Source: Octopus bimaculoides (taxonomy: Eukaryota). Taken from it: a stretch of 64,000 nt of DNA. Below the pieces are notes generated by a model. That model searched no databases and had not been told where the DNA came from. It saw only the letters and a list, made by a program, of their open reading frames with translations. Position numbers and translations under genes: made by a program. The DNA lies in contig NC_068987.1 of the NCBI RefSeq assembly GCF_001194135.2, positions 83,029,870 to 83,093,869 on the forward strand, written 5' to 3'. Of the stretch, positions 1-11,682 are shown one piece after another. Every line of letters begins with the position of its first letter. The first letter of the stretch is position 1.

Positions 1-189
1 AAAAAAAAAAAAAAAAAAAAAAAAAAGGATATCTAAACTGGAGCAAATGTGTAATGACTAATTTCAACAAATTCTTCTTTTTAATTGCATGGTGCGTAAA
101 TATATTAGGAAGAAAGCCACTCTAGCAGATCATGAAGAAGCTACAGAGAATATTTTATAATACAGTTCTATATTTAAGAGATGAGGAAT

Positions 190-330
190 TATGTACATTA
201 TTTACATTTGACAGATATTTGTCCTCATCTTGTTTGTTGTTAACACAATGTTTCTGCTGATATACCCTCCAGCTTCATCAGGTGTCTTGGGGAAATTTCG
301 AACCTGAGTCCTCATTCCTAAGCTATTTTT
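190..330 (-). mobile_element. Single truncated arm of the same hammerhead-bearing element (motif at 242-286)
   Basis: cattatttacatttgacagatatttgtcctcatcttgtttgttg...ttcatcaggtgtcttgg...cattcctaag matches the left arm at 45435-45570. The minus strand reads GACAC-CTGATGA-A-GCTG..CAGC-A-GAAA-CATT-GTGTT. Confidence 0.75.
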
Positions 331-687
331 CGATGTTCGCCAGCCCTCCGTCAAATCGTCCAACCCATGCTAGCATGGAAAGCTTTGTGAGTGGATTTGA
401 TTGGTGGAAACTATGTGGAAGCCTATCATGTGTGTGTGCGTGTGTCTTTGTGTTTCTTCCCCTCACACACACTGCTTGACAGCTGGTATTGGTTTGTTTA
501 TATCCCCATAGCAGTTCAGTGAAAGAAACTGATAGAATTAGTACCAGTCTTAGAGCATACTGGAATTGGTATGTTCACCAAAACCATTCAAGGCAGTGCT
601 CCAGCATGGCAGCAGTCCAATGACTAAAGCAAAGGGGAAAAAAAAACAAGAAGATATATCACAGCCCTCTAACATTTGAAAACAAAA

Positions 688-1788
688 TATTGGCTCCTCC
701 CATAAATAATGCAGTTTTTTTATACTTCTGTTATTTCTCAAAATTAAGATAAACAAAGTCCTTTTTTTAATCCAAAATATACTCTTCTTCATTTTCTACA
801 ATGCTCTTCCATCTATCTGGTAGACCTGCAAGGCCCCCTCTTCCAAAATTCACTTGTCCGTGACAAAAAGTATTCCTCCAGTACTGTTCTGACCTCATCT
901 ACAGAATTCATATTTTTTCCATCCAAATGATTTTGAAGACTGCGGAATAAATGATAATCAGATGGAGCAATGTCTAGCAAATATAGTGTGTGGGGCATCG
1001 TTTCTCATTCAAACTGCTCCAGCCTTTGGAATGTCATCCTAGCTGTATGTGGCCGAGCATTATCCTGATGGAAGAACATCTTTGGTCTTGAAACTGAGGA
1101 GCCAGTGTTTCTCCTTTCATTACCCACTGTCTTTAATGCTTGACATTTTTATAGAGAACCCATTTCTTGTCACCAGTCACCATTTGGTCAAAAAAAAAAA
1201 AAGGGTTCATTTGTGAGACGTGACAGCAAAGAAGAGCACACATTCATTCTCTGCACACGATTAGACTCGGAAAGTTTGTAGGGAACTCATTGACCCAGTT
1301 TGCTGACTTTTCTGTTGACACACAGGTGTCGATGAATGGTTGAATGACCAAATCCATGCTTCTCTGCTAGTTAGAATGGCATTTTGTTCCACCAAGGTTT
1401 GCAGGACATCCTCATTGAACTCTACAGATCTTCCATGACAAGGCTCGTCTTCTAGGCTGTAGTTTCTACTCGGAATTTCTGGAACCACCATTGACACTGG
1501 CTTATTCTTATTGTCTGATCCCCATGTACTGTATTAATATTCCTCACACTTTCTGTTGCAGTGTTGCCTTTATTGAACTCAAAGCAAGATATGCCAAATA
1601 TGTTCCTTTGTCACTTTCATTATAGCTTTGAGAAAATAACTGTTAAAATCGAATTGCACTCTTAAGAACAGGGTAAAATTACTTCCTGCTTTTATAGCAA
1701 GTTGATGGAGGTAGTTTATCCCGTCCCCCTCCGACTTTTAGTTCATGCACTTGAAAAAAACACATCATTCATAGGATGACCCAACATA
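688..1788 (-). mobile_element. Degenerate mariner (Tc1/mariner, D,D34D type) element with both TIRs and an internal deletion
   Basis: Minus-strand frames give KLGQ*VPYKLSE (WVPHEL-like), MVTGDKKWV, FHQDNARPHT and LDIAPSDYHLFRSLQNHL (YSPDLAPSDYHLF-like). Imperfect ~30-bp TIRs at 688 (tattggctcctcccataaataatgc) and 1760-1788. Confidence 0.9.
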
Positions 1789-2393
1789 TATACAATGGTC
1801 TGCTTTCAGTTTCCATCTACCAAATCCACTCATAAGGCTTTAGTTGGCCTGGGCCTATAATTGAAGTCACTTGCACAAGATACCATGCAGTCAGACTGAA
1901 CCCGGAACCATGTGGTTGAGAAGCAAGCTTCTTACCACGTAGCCACGAAATATCAATTACTTCCTAAAGTTATGAGGAAACAAGTCAGTGGTGGAGGGCA
2001 TACTTGTGTAGGTATGCTGATTTTAAATTTAATTCTAAAACAGAAAGTTTGTATCATAGGCTCAAAGACAGACCAGGCAGATTTGTATGAAAAGGGGTTA
2101 GAAGAATTTGATGAGAAAACATTATCTGATGTGTCCTTTCAGCTGAGACTGTCAGCTATGACTTGAGGGAGATTTGACTGCTATATTCTTGTAAGTTAAT
2201 TGATAATGTAAAGGCTGCCTTTTTGTTAAAGTAGTTTTCTGCAAGATTTCTATAATTAAAATTCTAATATCTTTGGATTGGAAATAATGGAAAATGTCTT
2301 ATTTATTAATATTTTAATTATGAAAATTAATTGAAATACCAAAATGACTTTATCTGAAGGAAATATCTTTGACACTAAGAACTTTTTATCACT

Positions 2394-2427
<34 letters not shown>

Positions 2428-2729
2428 CATTATTATTATTATATGGTTGGTTTTTGCTTTGTATTTGTACAAGTTGACTCCAAGTCTCACTTAGAGACCT
2501 CAAGAGACAACAAGTTAGAAGTTCAGGTTGGTGTTATGACTAGGGTGCCATATTTTTGGTTTTGCACAGAGAATTGTTCTAGAGAGTGTCTGTCAAAACA
2601 TAAGGAAATTAGAAGTTTGTTTTAAAAATAATTTGATTATAAGATAATAGTGTGATGTTAAGGTGACAGCAAAAGGTGTTTGCTATTATGTACATTTAAA
2701 AGTACTTTTGACAATGTTTACAGATTAAA

Positions 2730-2802
2730 ATGTTTTATTATTATTATTTTTGTTATTATTATTATTATTATTATCATTATTATTATTATTATTATTATTA
2801 TT
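2730..2802. repeat. (TTA)n microsatellite
   Basis: Direct reading. Confidence 0.9.
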
Positions 2803-2803
2803 A

Positions 2804-3485
2804 AGGTGGAGAGCTGGCAGAATCATTTGCATGCTGGTTGAAATGCTTAACGGTATTCTGCCTGTTGCTACGTTCTGAGTTCAAATTCTGCCGAGGTCGA
2901 CTTTGCCTTTCATCCTTTCGGGGGTTGATAAATTAAGAACCACTGAAACACTGGTGCTGATGCAATCAACTTGTCTCCTCCCACCAAATTTCAGGCCTTG
3001 TGCCTATAGTAGAAAAGATTATTATTATTATTATGAGGGTGGCATGCTGGCAGGTTCATTAGTACACTGGACAAAATGGTTAGCACATTTCTTCTGCTTT
3101 ACTCTGGTTTCTCCTAACTCCAAGTGGATTATTATTATGGCTGTGAGCTGGCAAATTTCTTAGAACACTGCACAAAATGATGTCTGTCTTTGTTCTAAAC
3201 TTTGCCAAGACCAACTTTGCCCTTCATTCTCTATCAATCTTTTGGGGTTGATGAAATGTATTCAACTAGCCCCTTTCTCCAGAAATGCTAACCTTAGCAC
3301 GCCGGGCGAAATGCTTAGCTGTATTTCATCTGTCTTTATGTTCTGAGTTCAAATTCTGCCGAGCTCAACTTTGCCTTTCATCCTTTCAGGGGCAATAAAT
3401 TAAGTACCAGTTGCATACTGGAGTCGATCTAATCGACTGGCCCCCTCCCCGAAAATTTTGGGCCTTGTGCCTAGAGTAGAAAAGA
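2804..3485 (+). mobile_element. Three consecutive copies of SINE family D, the first two preceded by (ATT)n tracts
   Basis: Each has gttctgagttcaaattc (B-box-like, degenerate in the middle copy) and actttgcctttcatcctttc...aattaagtaccag, a central domain I recall as Meta/MESC-like. Other copies lie at 7850-8070 (+), 8093-8370 (-), 24990-25236 (-), 36945-37165 (+) and 51586-51734 (+). Confidence 0.8.
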
Positions 3486-3731
3486 ATAATTGCTCCCACT
3501 GTTTGCTTTAAATAAAGCTTTAACAGGAACATGATAAAGAAGTTCATTATGTAGTCTGGATAAATAAAATGTGATGTAGGCTGCATGTATTTGAATCAAT
3601 ATGTTTTATTGCTGTTAAGATGAATAAATTGATTACAACAGATCAATAGAGAACACCAACAGAAAAGACCAGTTCAAAATTATTGGATTGCAAGAGTTCA
3701 GGTTTCCACACAAAGATTCCTAAACAAATTC

Positions 3732-3765
<34 letters not shown>

Positions 3766-4873
3766 TCGTCATCGTCATTATTTAATATTCTCATTCTATA
3801 CTGGCATGGGTTGGACAGTTTGGTAGGAGCTGGCAAGACAGAAGGTTGTGCCAAACTTTACTGTCTACTTTGGCATCATTTCTACAGGTGGATGCCCTTC
3901 TTAACACCAGAAACAGAAAATTAATATTGCAATAACGTAAGTGTATTATGTGTGTCTTTCATAACATGTGGATATACCATGTATTGATGCATGTCCTTTG
4001 TGTGCTGTCTGAGATAGAGAGATAGAGAGAGAGTTGGTATGCTTTGCCAGGACAAAGACTAACTGACCAACCTCTGACCAAAATGCTAGTTCATCCTATG
4101 AAGTCAAATGAACACTTCATATTATTTAGTTGGCTACAAAGTGAAGTTATTGGCTAGTTTTTTTGTTTTTTTTTTATTGGCCAGTCAAGACTAGTAAATT
4201 CACTTACATTTTTGTACCACTTTGTACATAGAGAGAGCTTAGCCAAATGGAATGTATTTTAGCTATTGTTGCTATAATTTATAGCCAATAGAATTACAGA
4301 TATCTGGTGCGTAGTTGCTGAATAAGGCGGAATTGCATGCTCACTCTGATTTTCAAATTGTATGCATGCATGTTTGCACGCACGTTTATTTTCTCTTTCT
4401 CGTTTTAAAATAGAGTTAATTTTTGACTGGTTGCCTGCTTGGTAGCAACGTAGTGAAGGAAAACATCTTGTTTTGTTCATCTTCCTGTAAATTTTGAGAA
4501 GGTCTTGCAGATTTTTATTACATGTGTTTGTGTGTGTGTGGTGGGGAGAGAGTAACAAGTATGGGAGGCTAGCGGTAGCAAAATAAGCCACTTCATCTTC
4601 TTTCCCATGCATCTAGAGAAATTCAAAAGCTGTTTGAATTGAAAAGCTGCATGTAGGGAAAAAAAAAATTTAAAGATATAAGTTGAGTGTACACATTTTT
4701 AGAGCGAGGAAGAATGATTTGAAGACATGCATACAGGACATGCATTGAAGACAGCTTTCAAATAACAGGAAATGAATATATTCTTTCCATGATGTATGTG
4801 TATGACAGCATGGACTTAACTCAGAAGTGTCCCTCCCCCCCTTGACTTTGTTTCCTCATAACTTACTGAGAAA

Positions 4874-5290
4874 TCTCTTTTACTCTTTTACTTATTTCAG
4901 TCATTTGACTGCGGCCATGCTGGAGCACCGCCTTTAGTCGAGCAAATCGACCCCAGGACTTATTCTTTGGAAGCCTAGTACTTATTCTATCGGTCTCTTT
5001 CGCCGAACCGCTAAGTTACGGGGTCGTAAATGCACCACCATCGGTTGTCAAGCGATGTTGGGGGGACAAACACAGACACACTAACATATACACACACACA
5101 TGCATATATATATATATATATATACGACGGGCTTCTTTCAGTTTCTGTCTACTAATCCACTCATAAGGCTTTGGTCGGCCCAAGGCCTATAGTAGAAGAC
5201 ATTTGCCCAAGGTGCCACGCTGTGGGAAAAGAACTCAGAACCATGTAGTTGGTAAGCAAGCTACTTACCACACAGCCACTCCTGCGCCTA
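4874..5290 (-). mobile_element. tRNA-derived SINE family A (CORE-like body, internal (TA)n/(TG)n), full-length
   Basis: The minus strand starts aggcgcaggagtggctgtgtggtaag (A box), then ggttctgagt (B-box-like) and ccttgggcaaatgtcttc (CORE-like). More than 20 full or partial copies occur in the window. Confidence 0.9.
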
Positions 5291-5477
5291 TAAATGGATA
5301 TTTTTTAATGAAACTGTCTACAAGTATATTTATAGGTATGTAGTGGCTGAATAAAACTAAAGTGAATGCCTGTTACAATTTTCACATACCCATGACTGGA
5401 TTCTGTGTATGTGTGTGTGTGTGTGAGGAGAGAGAGAGGGAGGGAGACACGAACAGAAGCAAGTATGNNNNNNNNNN

Positions 5478-5528
<51 letters not shown>

Positions 5529-5599
5529 TCTCTCGTTAATGTCCAGCACCTCCAAACTAAATATACTAATCTGTAATACTCCGGTCAAATCAACTGTCC

Positions 5600-5816
5600 T
5601 TAAACCTTTTAGCATTCAGATTACCCTCTCAAATGCAATGCTTATTTTTTCACATTGTTTTGAATTAATCATCGATTATTTCATACCTTTGAAATTTCAA
5701 TGACGTAATTGTGTATTTTTAGAATGACATTGTCGAGTAGGTGTAAGAGGCTAGATCTGGTTGATTTGAACATAAGACAGATGCAATATTTGGGCCAGAT
5801 ACGGCTAATGGGTTAA
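5600..5816. mobile_element. piggyBac-like MITE copy
   Basis: ttaaaccttttagcattcaga ... gctaatgggttaa. The interior gtaggtgtaagaggctagatctgg is shared with 18120-18140. Confidence 0.6.
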
Positions 5817-6579
5817 AATAAATATATATTTTTATAATGTCCAGCGTCCAACTATTTAAAAGTATTTATCATTTAAACCCCACAATCAATGAATTTTATC
5901 TTATTTGCTGTTGCAATTCAATTGCTTCTATGTTAGGGGTAGGAAACCTTCTTAGTATTAGGGGTACATTACAAGTGCAAAGGAATGCGTGGAGGGTATA
6001 TTTGTACATTTGTGGTAAAAATAATGCTTTAGTCTTATAGATTGAAGGATATGCATATTAAATTGTTGTAGTCTTATTACTTACACTTTTTTCATCACAT
6101 ATATTTTTTGGAGACTTCACCAGAGGGCTGTTTTAGACTTAAAACAACCTGTGGATGAAGAGCCATTATACAGAGCAGAGGTAGTCTCCTGCTCTATGTG
6201 GTGGTTTGACTTCATAGAAATAGCAACGATATCTCCCTCAGATTACACCCTACCATTTTGTGGGTAAGAAAAATGTGGGTTGATTGAATGGAATGTGTTG
6301 GAGCATCCAGAAGAACATTCAAATAGTGATTGGGTGGTATGCATTTTTTTTTTCCTTCAGTGGAGCAGAGGTCATTCTAAATAGTGTTGGAATTCAGAGA
6401 GAACTAAATTGCATCTTTGAACTTGTGGTTGTAACAGGTTGGTCAAGTGCATGAGATTTTGTTATCCATTGACTAAATGACCTTTATTTGGATGATGTTT
6501 GAGACCAACATTTCAAATAGCTTAGAATGCTTCTCTGAATTCAATTCTAGATTTAGCTGTATTATATATGTGAAGTTTT

Positions 6580-6890
6580 GGAGGCACCATGGCCTAGTGG
6601 TCAGCAGTGGACTCGCGGTCGAGGATTCACTGGTTTGAATCTCAGACCGGGCAATGTGTGTGTCTTTGAGCAAAACACCTAAGCTCCACACGGCTCCGGC
6701 AGAAGATAATGGCGAACTTCTGCTGATTCTTTCGCCACGACTTTCTCTCACTCTTTCCTCCTGCATCTAGCAGCTTACCTGCAACGGACCATTGTTCTGT
6801 CCAGGTGAGGAACCTACATGCTAATGAAACAGGGAAACTGGTCCTGATGAGCCAGGCTTTGCTCAAGAAGGAACAAACAGCAACAACAAC
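6580..6890 (+). mobile_element. tRNA-derived SINE family B (tail type 2) with a 12-bp target-site duplication
   Basis: Head ggaggcaccatggcctagtggtcag and B box ggtttgaatct. TSD atatatgtgaag at 6564-6575 and 6891-6902; (CAA)n tail. Confidence 0.9.
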
Positions 6891-6966
6891 ATATATGTGA
6901 AGCTGTTATATGAAATCATCACCAGCAATGTTCTTGCTAATTTTCTGTACTGTATAGAAATTTGCT

Positions 6967-7334
6967 GGAGGCGCAATGGGCCCAGTGGTTAGGGCAGTGG
7001 ATTCGCGGTTTCGATTCCCAGACTGGGCATTGTGAGTTTTTTATTGAGTGAAAACACCTAAAGCTCCACGAGGCTCCGGCAGGGGATGGTGGCGAACCCT
7101 GCTGTAATCTTTCTCCGCAACTTTCTCTCACTCTTACTTCTTGTTTCTGTTGTACCTGTAATTCAAAGGGTCAGCCTTGTCACACTGTGTCACGCTGAAT
7201 ATCCCCGAGAACTACGCTAAAGGTAAACGTGTCTGTGGAGTGCTCAGCCACTTGCATGTTAATTTTACGAGCAGACTGTTCCGTTGATCAGATCAACTGG
7301 AACCCTCGACGTCGTAAGCGATGGAGTGCTAACA
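6967..7334 (+). mobile_element. tRNA-derived SINE family B (tail type 1) with a 13-bp TSD
   Basis: Head ggaggcgcaatgggcccagtggttaggg and B box ggtttcgattcc. TSD tatagaaatttgc at 6953-6965 and 7335-7347. Confidence 0.92.
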
Positions 7335-7619
7335 TATAGAAATTTGCATCATGTGCAAGTTTTGTTATTCTTTGTAAAATATGTGTTCATATAATTGAGT
7401 AACCATCGCTCAAATTTCTTCCATTAAAAAAATACAACCTCATTTTAAAAACTTTGTGTGTGTGAATATTTTTGTCTTCTCTTAAATGTAAAACGTGTGC
7501 ACACACATGCTCACAGCTCTGAGGGAACGGTGATCATCTGCTTTTACCAGTTTAATGCAGCTTTTAAAGATTAAAAGACCCTATTTGATGAGAAAATAAC
7601 ATTTCTTTTCCACACAAAG

Positions 7620-7717
7620 CACCACTATTTGAGGCTATTTCTGCATTAAAACATTTAGTTCCCAATGTTCCTTTGGCAGTATATGTTGAAAGATACTTCT
7701 TGAAACAGAAGCATCTT
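7620..7717 (+). CDS. Candidate coding exon of an unidentified gene: PLFEAISALKHLVPNVPLAVYVERYFLKQKHL
   Basis: Acceptor atttcttttccacacaaag|, donor |gtatgt, open frame phase 1 to 0, in non-repetitive sequence. Shares LFEAIS with the 13076-13177 candidate. Protein family not recognised. Confidence 0.35.
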
Positions 7718-8092
7718 GTATGTTAATTAGAATTTGTTAAATGCAATGTAGAAAAATCAATAATATTCTATTCACACAAGCTGACAGAAATAGTGTCTCT
7801 GCAGCTGAACCAATGAATGCTTTATCATTGTTATTATTATTATTATTATTAAGGCAGATTTGTTAGTACACTGGACAAAATGTGAAGTAGCATTTCTTCT
7901 GGCTCTTAATGTGCTGAGTTCAAATTTCAGCAAAATTAACTTTGCCTTTCATCCCTTTAGGGTCAGTAAAATAAGTCCTAATTGAGCCCTGGGGTTGATG
8001 TAATTGACTCCCACCTTCTCTCAAAATTACTGACTTTGTGCCAAAAGTTAGAGAATTATTCTTGCTATTGTCTTGATCCAGGGTTGACCTTA

Positions 8093-8370
8093 TTCTTGAT
8101 ACAATTTATAAGGGTACCCATCAAATGCTCAGAATCTTTATTTCTTTATTGCCCACAAGGGGCCAAACATAGAGGGGACAAATGGACAGACAAAGGGATT
8201 AGTCGATTACATCGACCCCAGTGCATAACTGGTACTTAATTTATCGACCTCGAAAGGATGCAAAGCAAAGTCGACCTTGGCGGAATTTTAACTCAGAACG
8301 TAATGGCAGACGAAATACCGCTAAGCATCTCGCCTGGCATGCTAACGTTTCTGCCAGCTCATCGCCTTTA
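8093..8370 (-). mobile_element. SINE family D, inverted relative to the adjacent 7850-8070 copy
   Basis: Reverse complement of the family D body. Confidence 0.85.
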
Positions 8371-8580
8371 AGTGCTCTGTTCCAAAGAAGCAAAACTGTA
8401 GAAGCTCCACAGAACATTCCATTCCATTCTCCTTTAACCATTTGTCTATGACATTACTCACAGGTACAATCTTTATAGATTTCATGTTCCAAATCTTTAC
8501 AATCTCAAATTTAAAGGGTTTATATTTTCTCAACTCTTTGTCTGCTTTCTTCACAATCCTAGAATCACATGGACAAAATC
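8371..8580 (-). mobile_element. 3' end of a restriction-like-endonuclease (R2/R4/NeSL/CRE-type) non-LTR retrotransposon
   Basis: Track ORF 8342..8554 reads KYKPFKFEIVKIWNMKSIKIVPV...KWLKENGMECSVELLQ...FGTEHL. This matches the KY..L..EI...W.M..V.VVP / ELLQK..LLGT C-terminus of RLE LINEs. Confidence 0.7.
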
Positions 8581-8774
8581 ATTTAGTATGTAAATTTTAT
8601 TTTCTTTGTTACCTGACCTAAGTTCCCTCATTTTATTCATTGGAACAGGAAAATCCCACAAAATTTTGCATGTCCCCAACTCAAATATTTATTCTACTCG
8701 ATGTTATTGTTGTTGTTGGTGGTGGTGGTGGTGGTGGCTGCTGCTGCTACTGCTGCTGTTGTTGTTGTTGTTTA

Positions 8775-9365
8775 GTCTGAAGGAATGGGACCAAACAGCA
8801 GCAAGTAGATGGATGCAGGGAAAAAACATTATCAAAGGGGCATTTCATTAAGCCACTTATTGAGGCTGAAGGGATGGGCATATTGGTTAGTACAGGGGCT
8901 GGTGGTGGCAATTGGAGCTTTGTGAGTGATGAGGGGAGGAGAAATGAATGAGTGGGAAGTACCTGAATGGAGATGGCACAAGGCCAATGAATGCTTCTGA
9001 ACAGCAACCACTGTATTGGCAGTAGCAAAGTCAGATAGAGAGAGAGAGTAGACAATATGTCTGTGTTCCAGGGAGTATTGATGAACGGCTTCGTATTGAT
9101 CTATTGAATGGCTTTTCTATGGATGTTTGTCTAGGATATATGTATTTGTTAGAGCAGCACCATCTCAGATGTAGGGATAGTGCCTGACTGAGATTGGTGG
9201 CCCTACATGATCTTTGTAAAGGGTTAGTAGTTGTTGGGTGCTGAAACCTTTTCCAAACCCTGAAGAGGAGGGCCAGTTTTTTGTGAAGCAGTCAATGCTA
9301 AGCTGAAGATGTGCATTTGCCAGCTGGTACATAGACATGTTATTCCCTTGGAACACAGACATATT
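8775..9365 (-). mobile_element. CR1/L2-group LINE ORF2 C-terminal remnant
   Basis: The minus frame FSTQQLLTLYKDHVGP resembles the conserved QLLTLYKAQ.RP.LEY motif. The rest is degenerate. Confidence 0.55.
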
Positions 9366-11682
9366 GTCTTCTGTCTATCTATCTCCCCTCTCTGTCTGTC
9401 TATCTGTCTCTCCCTCTCTCTTTCTGTCTGTTTGTCTCTCTCCCCCTCTCTGTCTGTCTCTCTCTCTCTGTCTCTCTCTTCTGTGTGTGAGCATCTTGTT
9501 GCATTTGTATCTTTTATCGTTTTCTTGTTTCACACATTAGACTGTGGCTTTGCTGGAGCACTGCCTTGAAGAATTTTTAGTCGTATGAATCAACCCCCCA
9601 ACCCTTATTTTTTTAAGCCTGGTACTTATTTTATTAGACCCATTTGCCAAACCGCTAAGTTGTGGAGACGTAAATACATCAACACCATCTGTCAAGTGGT
9701 AGTGGTGGGGGGACAAACACACACACACACGCACGACAGGCTTCTTTCAGTTTCTGTCTTGGCACACCCCTCCAAACATTAAGAGTACAAAAAAAAAAAA
9801 AAATAATACAATAAAGGAGTGAATGGCCAGAGTAGAAATTTGACATAAGTTAACATCTCAATTCAGCCAATTTAGCTGTGATACCTCATGCAGTTTTTAT
9901 GTATTTTCTGAACAATGTTATTTTGCTTCTATATTCATTGAGTAATTCTTTTATTACTAATCCAGCAAGTACAACATGAAGTCTATATTTTACCAATGAG
10001 GCTCTGATTAGACAAAAATATGTCAAGAGATGTTTATTCTTTTATTTGTTTCAGTCATTTGACTGTGGCCATGCTGGAACACTGCATTTAGTTGAACAAA
10101 TCAACCCCAGGACTTATTCTTTGTAGGCCTAGTGCTTATTCTTTTGGTCTTTTTTGCTGAATTGTTAAGTTACAGGGACGAAACACACCAACATGTTTCC
10201 TGTACTTACGGAAATAATTGAAACGATATTAGTTGTTAATTAATATCTGATGCCATAAGTGACACACAGACATATTAGACACACTTCAGTTTCGGCTGTT
10301 CATATTCAGGAAAATGGTTTTTAATATCTTAAAGCATGTAATACTTAAAAGTAATCCAGCAGTATATTACAAAACATTACGAAGGTACCACAGCTATAGC
10401 AGAAAACATTATCATCATCATTTAACATCCATGTTCCATGCTGGTTGGCTCAGTTTGAAGAATATGTCTTACACTACTTTCCAGCAACATTCTAACTCCA
10501 TGTTCATGCAGGATCAAGTCATATATATTATGTTCAGTTTTCCAGGCTGGTATAAGTCAGACTGGTCCCCTAATGCCTCATCATGGACTGGGTACTTTTT
10601 ATTGTACCACTGGCACTAGAGAGGCTCGGTATGGCAAGACTGAATAGTCTTCTCATCCTTGTATCAGGTTTTAATCAGAATAACTATTCTTTAGATAGGT
10701 TGCCTGTGCTGCAGCTTGCAGAATTCACATCTCTGTTTACTCCTACCCCGACACCTTTTTTCCTTGTTTTTTTTTGTTTTTTTTTTGCATACTTTAGCTA
10801 GATGTTCTTCCTTTTCTCTCACCTGATTCGTTGTGCTGGGTGCATTTTATTGCCATCAAGTTCAATAGATTTAGAAACAATTCTTCAGTTTAAACTGTAC
10901 ACATGATTTTGGTAGGCCAAAGAGAGTGAAGATACTTTTGAAGCAATACATAGCAGTTTGATGTAGTTAAGCACTCCAGAATTGGAAAAGAAATTCATCT
11001 ACAAATACTGAAAAAAAAATTTTAATTTTTCTTATAGAAGATGGCTTAAAACCCAAGAAATTAAATGGCGATAAGTAACCATGGTTACTTTCACAAGATA
11101 AGCTGATTATGTGGCAACATTAGAGGCTTTGGTTTTGCTATTGCACACAATTCACGATTACGGATACATTCTTCAACTGTTTATATTGTACTGCGTTTCA
11201 AGGTGTTTTAAGAATTAAGAAGAAATACCAAAATTAACAAAATGTCCATGTAGTAAAAGATAACAATGAACAAATAGCAACTGTATCAATATTTAAGTTG
11301 GTTTTAATACATCTAATGCAAGGAGCATTAAAAGAAAAATAACTAGAAATAGTTATACAGTGAAGAAAATATGATATTACTACATTTTATGGAATACAAG
11401 ACATACCTTTTCCTAAAGTTACACCAGGTTCTCATAGGCAAAGTTGGGCCTCCCATAAGCTAATTTTGCCCCTGACACTCACGGCTATGGGCTAATTTTA
11501 ATCCAGTCAATCTTCTGTGTTTTGGTTTATGTCCAACTGTAATGGAAGCTTGCGTTTTATTAACCCTTTCGTTACTGTATTTATTTTGAGATGCTTGATT
11601 TATTTTAATAAAAATTCAAGGCAGTGCCCCACCATGCTTATAGTCTAATGACTGGAACAAATAAAAGATACACACACATACA

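Noticed and set aside
6826-6870. GAAA...CTGATGAGCC in a SINE B tail
   Set aside because: No stem I or II geometry for any hammerhead topology, and the motif is not retained in the 29371 copy.
6967-7040. tRNA-like sequences at SINE heads (also 29371, 45711, 63132)
   Set aside because: They have A and B boxes but no complete cloverleaf or acceptor stem, and they continue into SINE bodies. They are not tRNA genes.
11039-11074. Possible small exon after a good acceptor (EDGLKPKKLNGD or RWLKTQEIKWR*)
   Set aside because: Weak donor, and phases incompatible with the neighbouring candidate exons.
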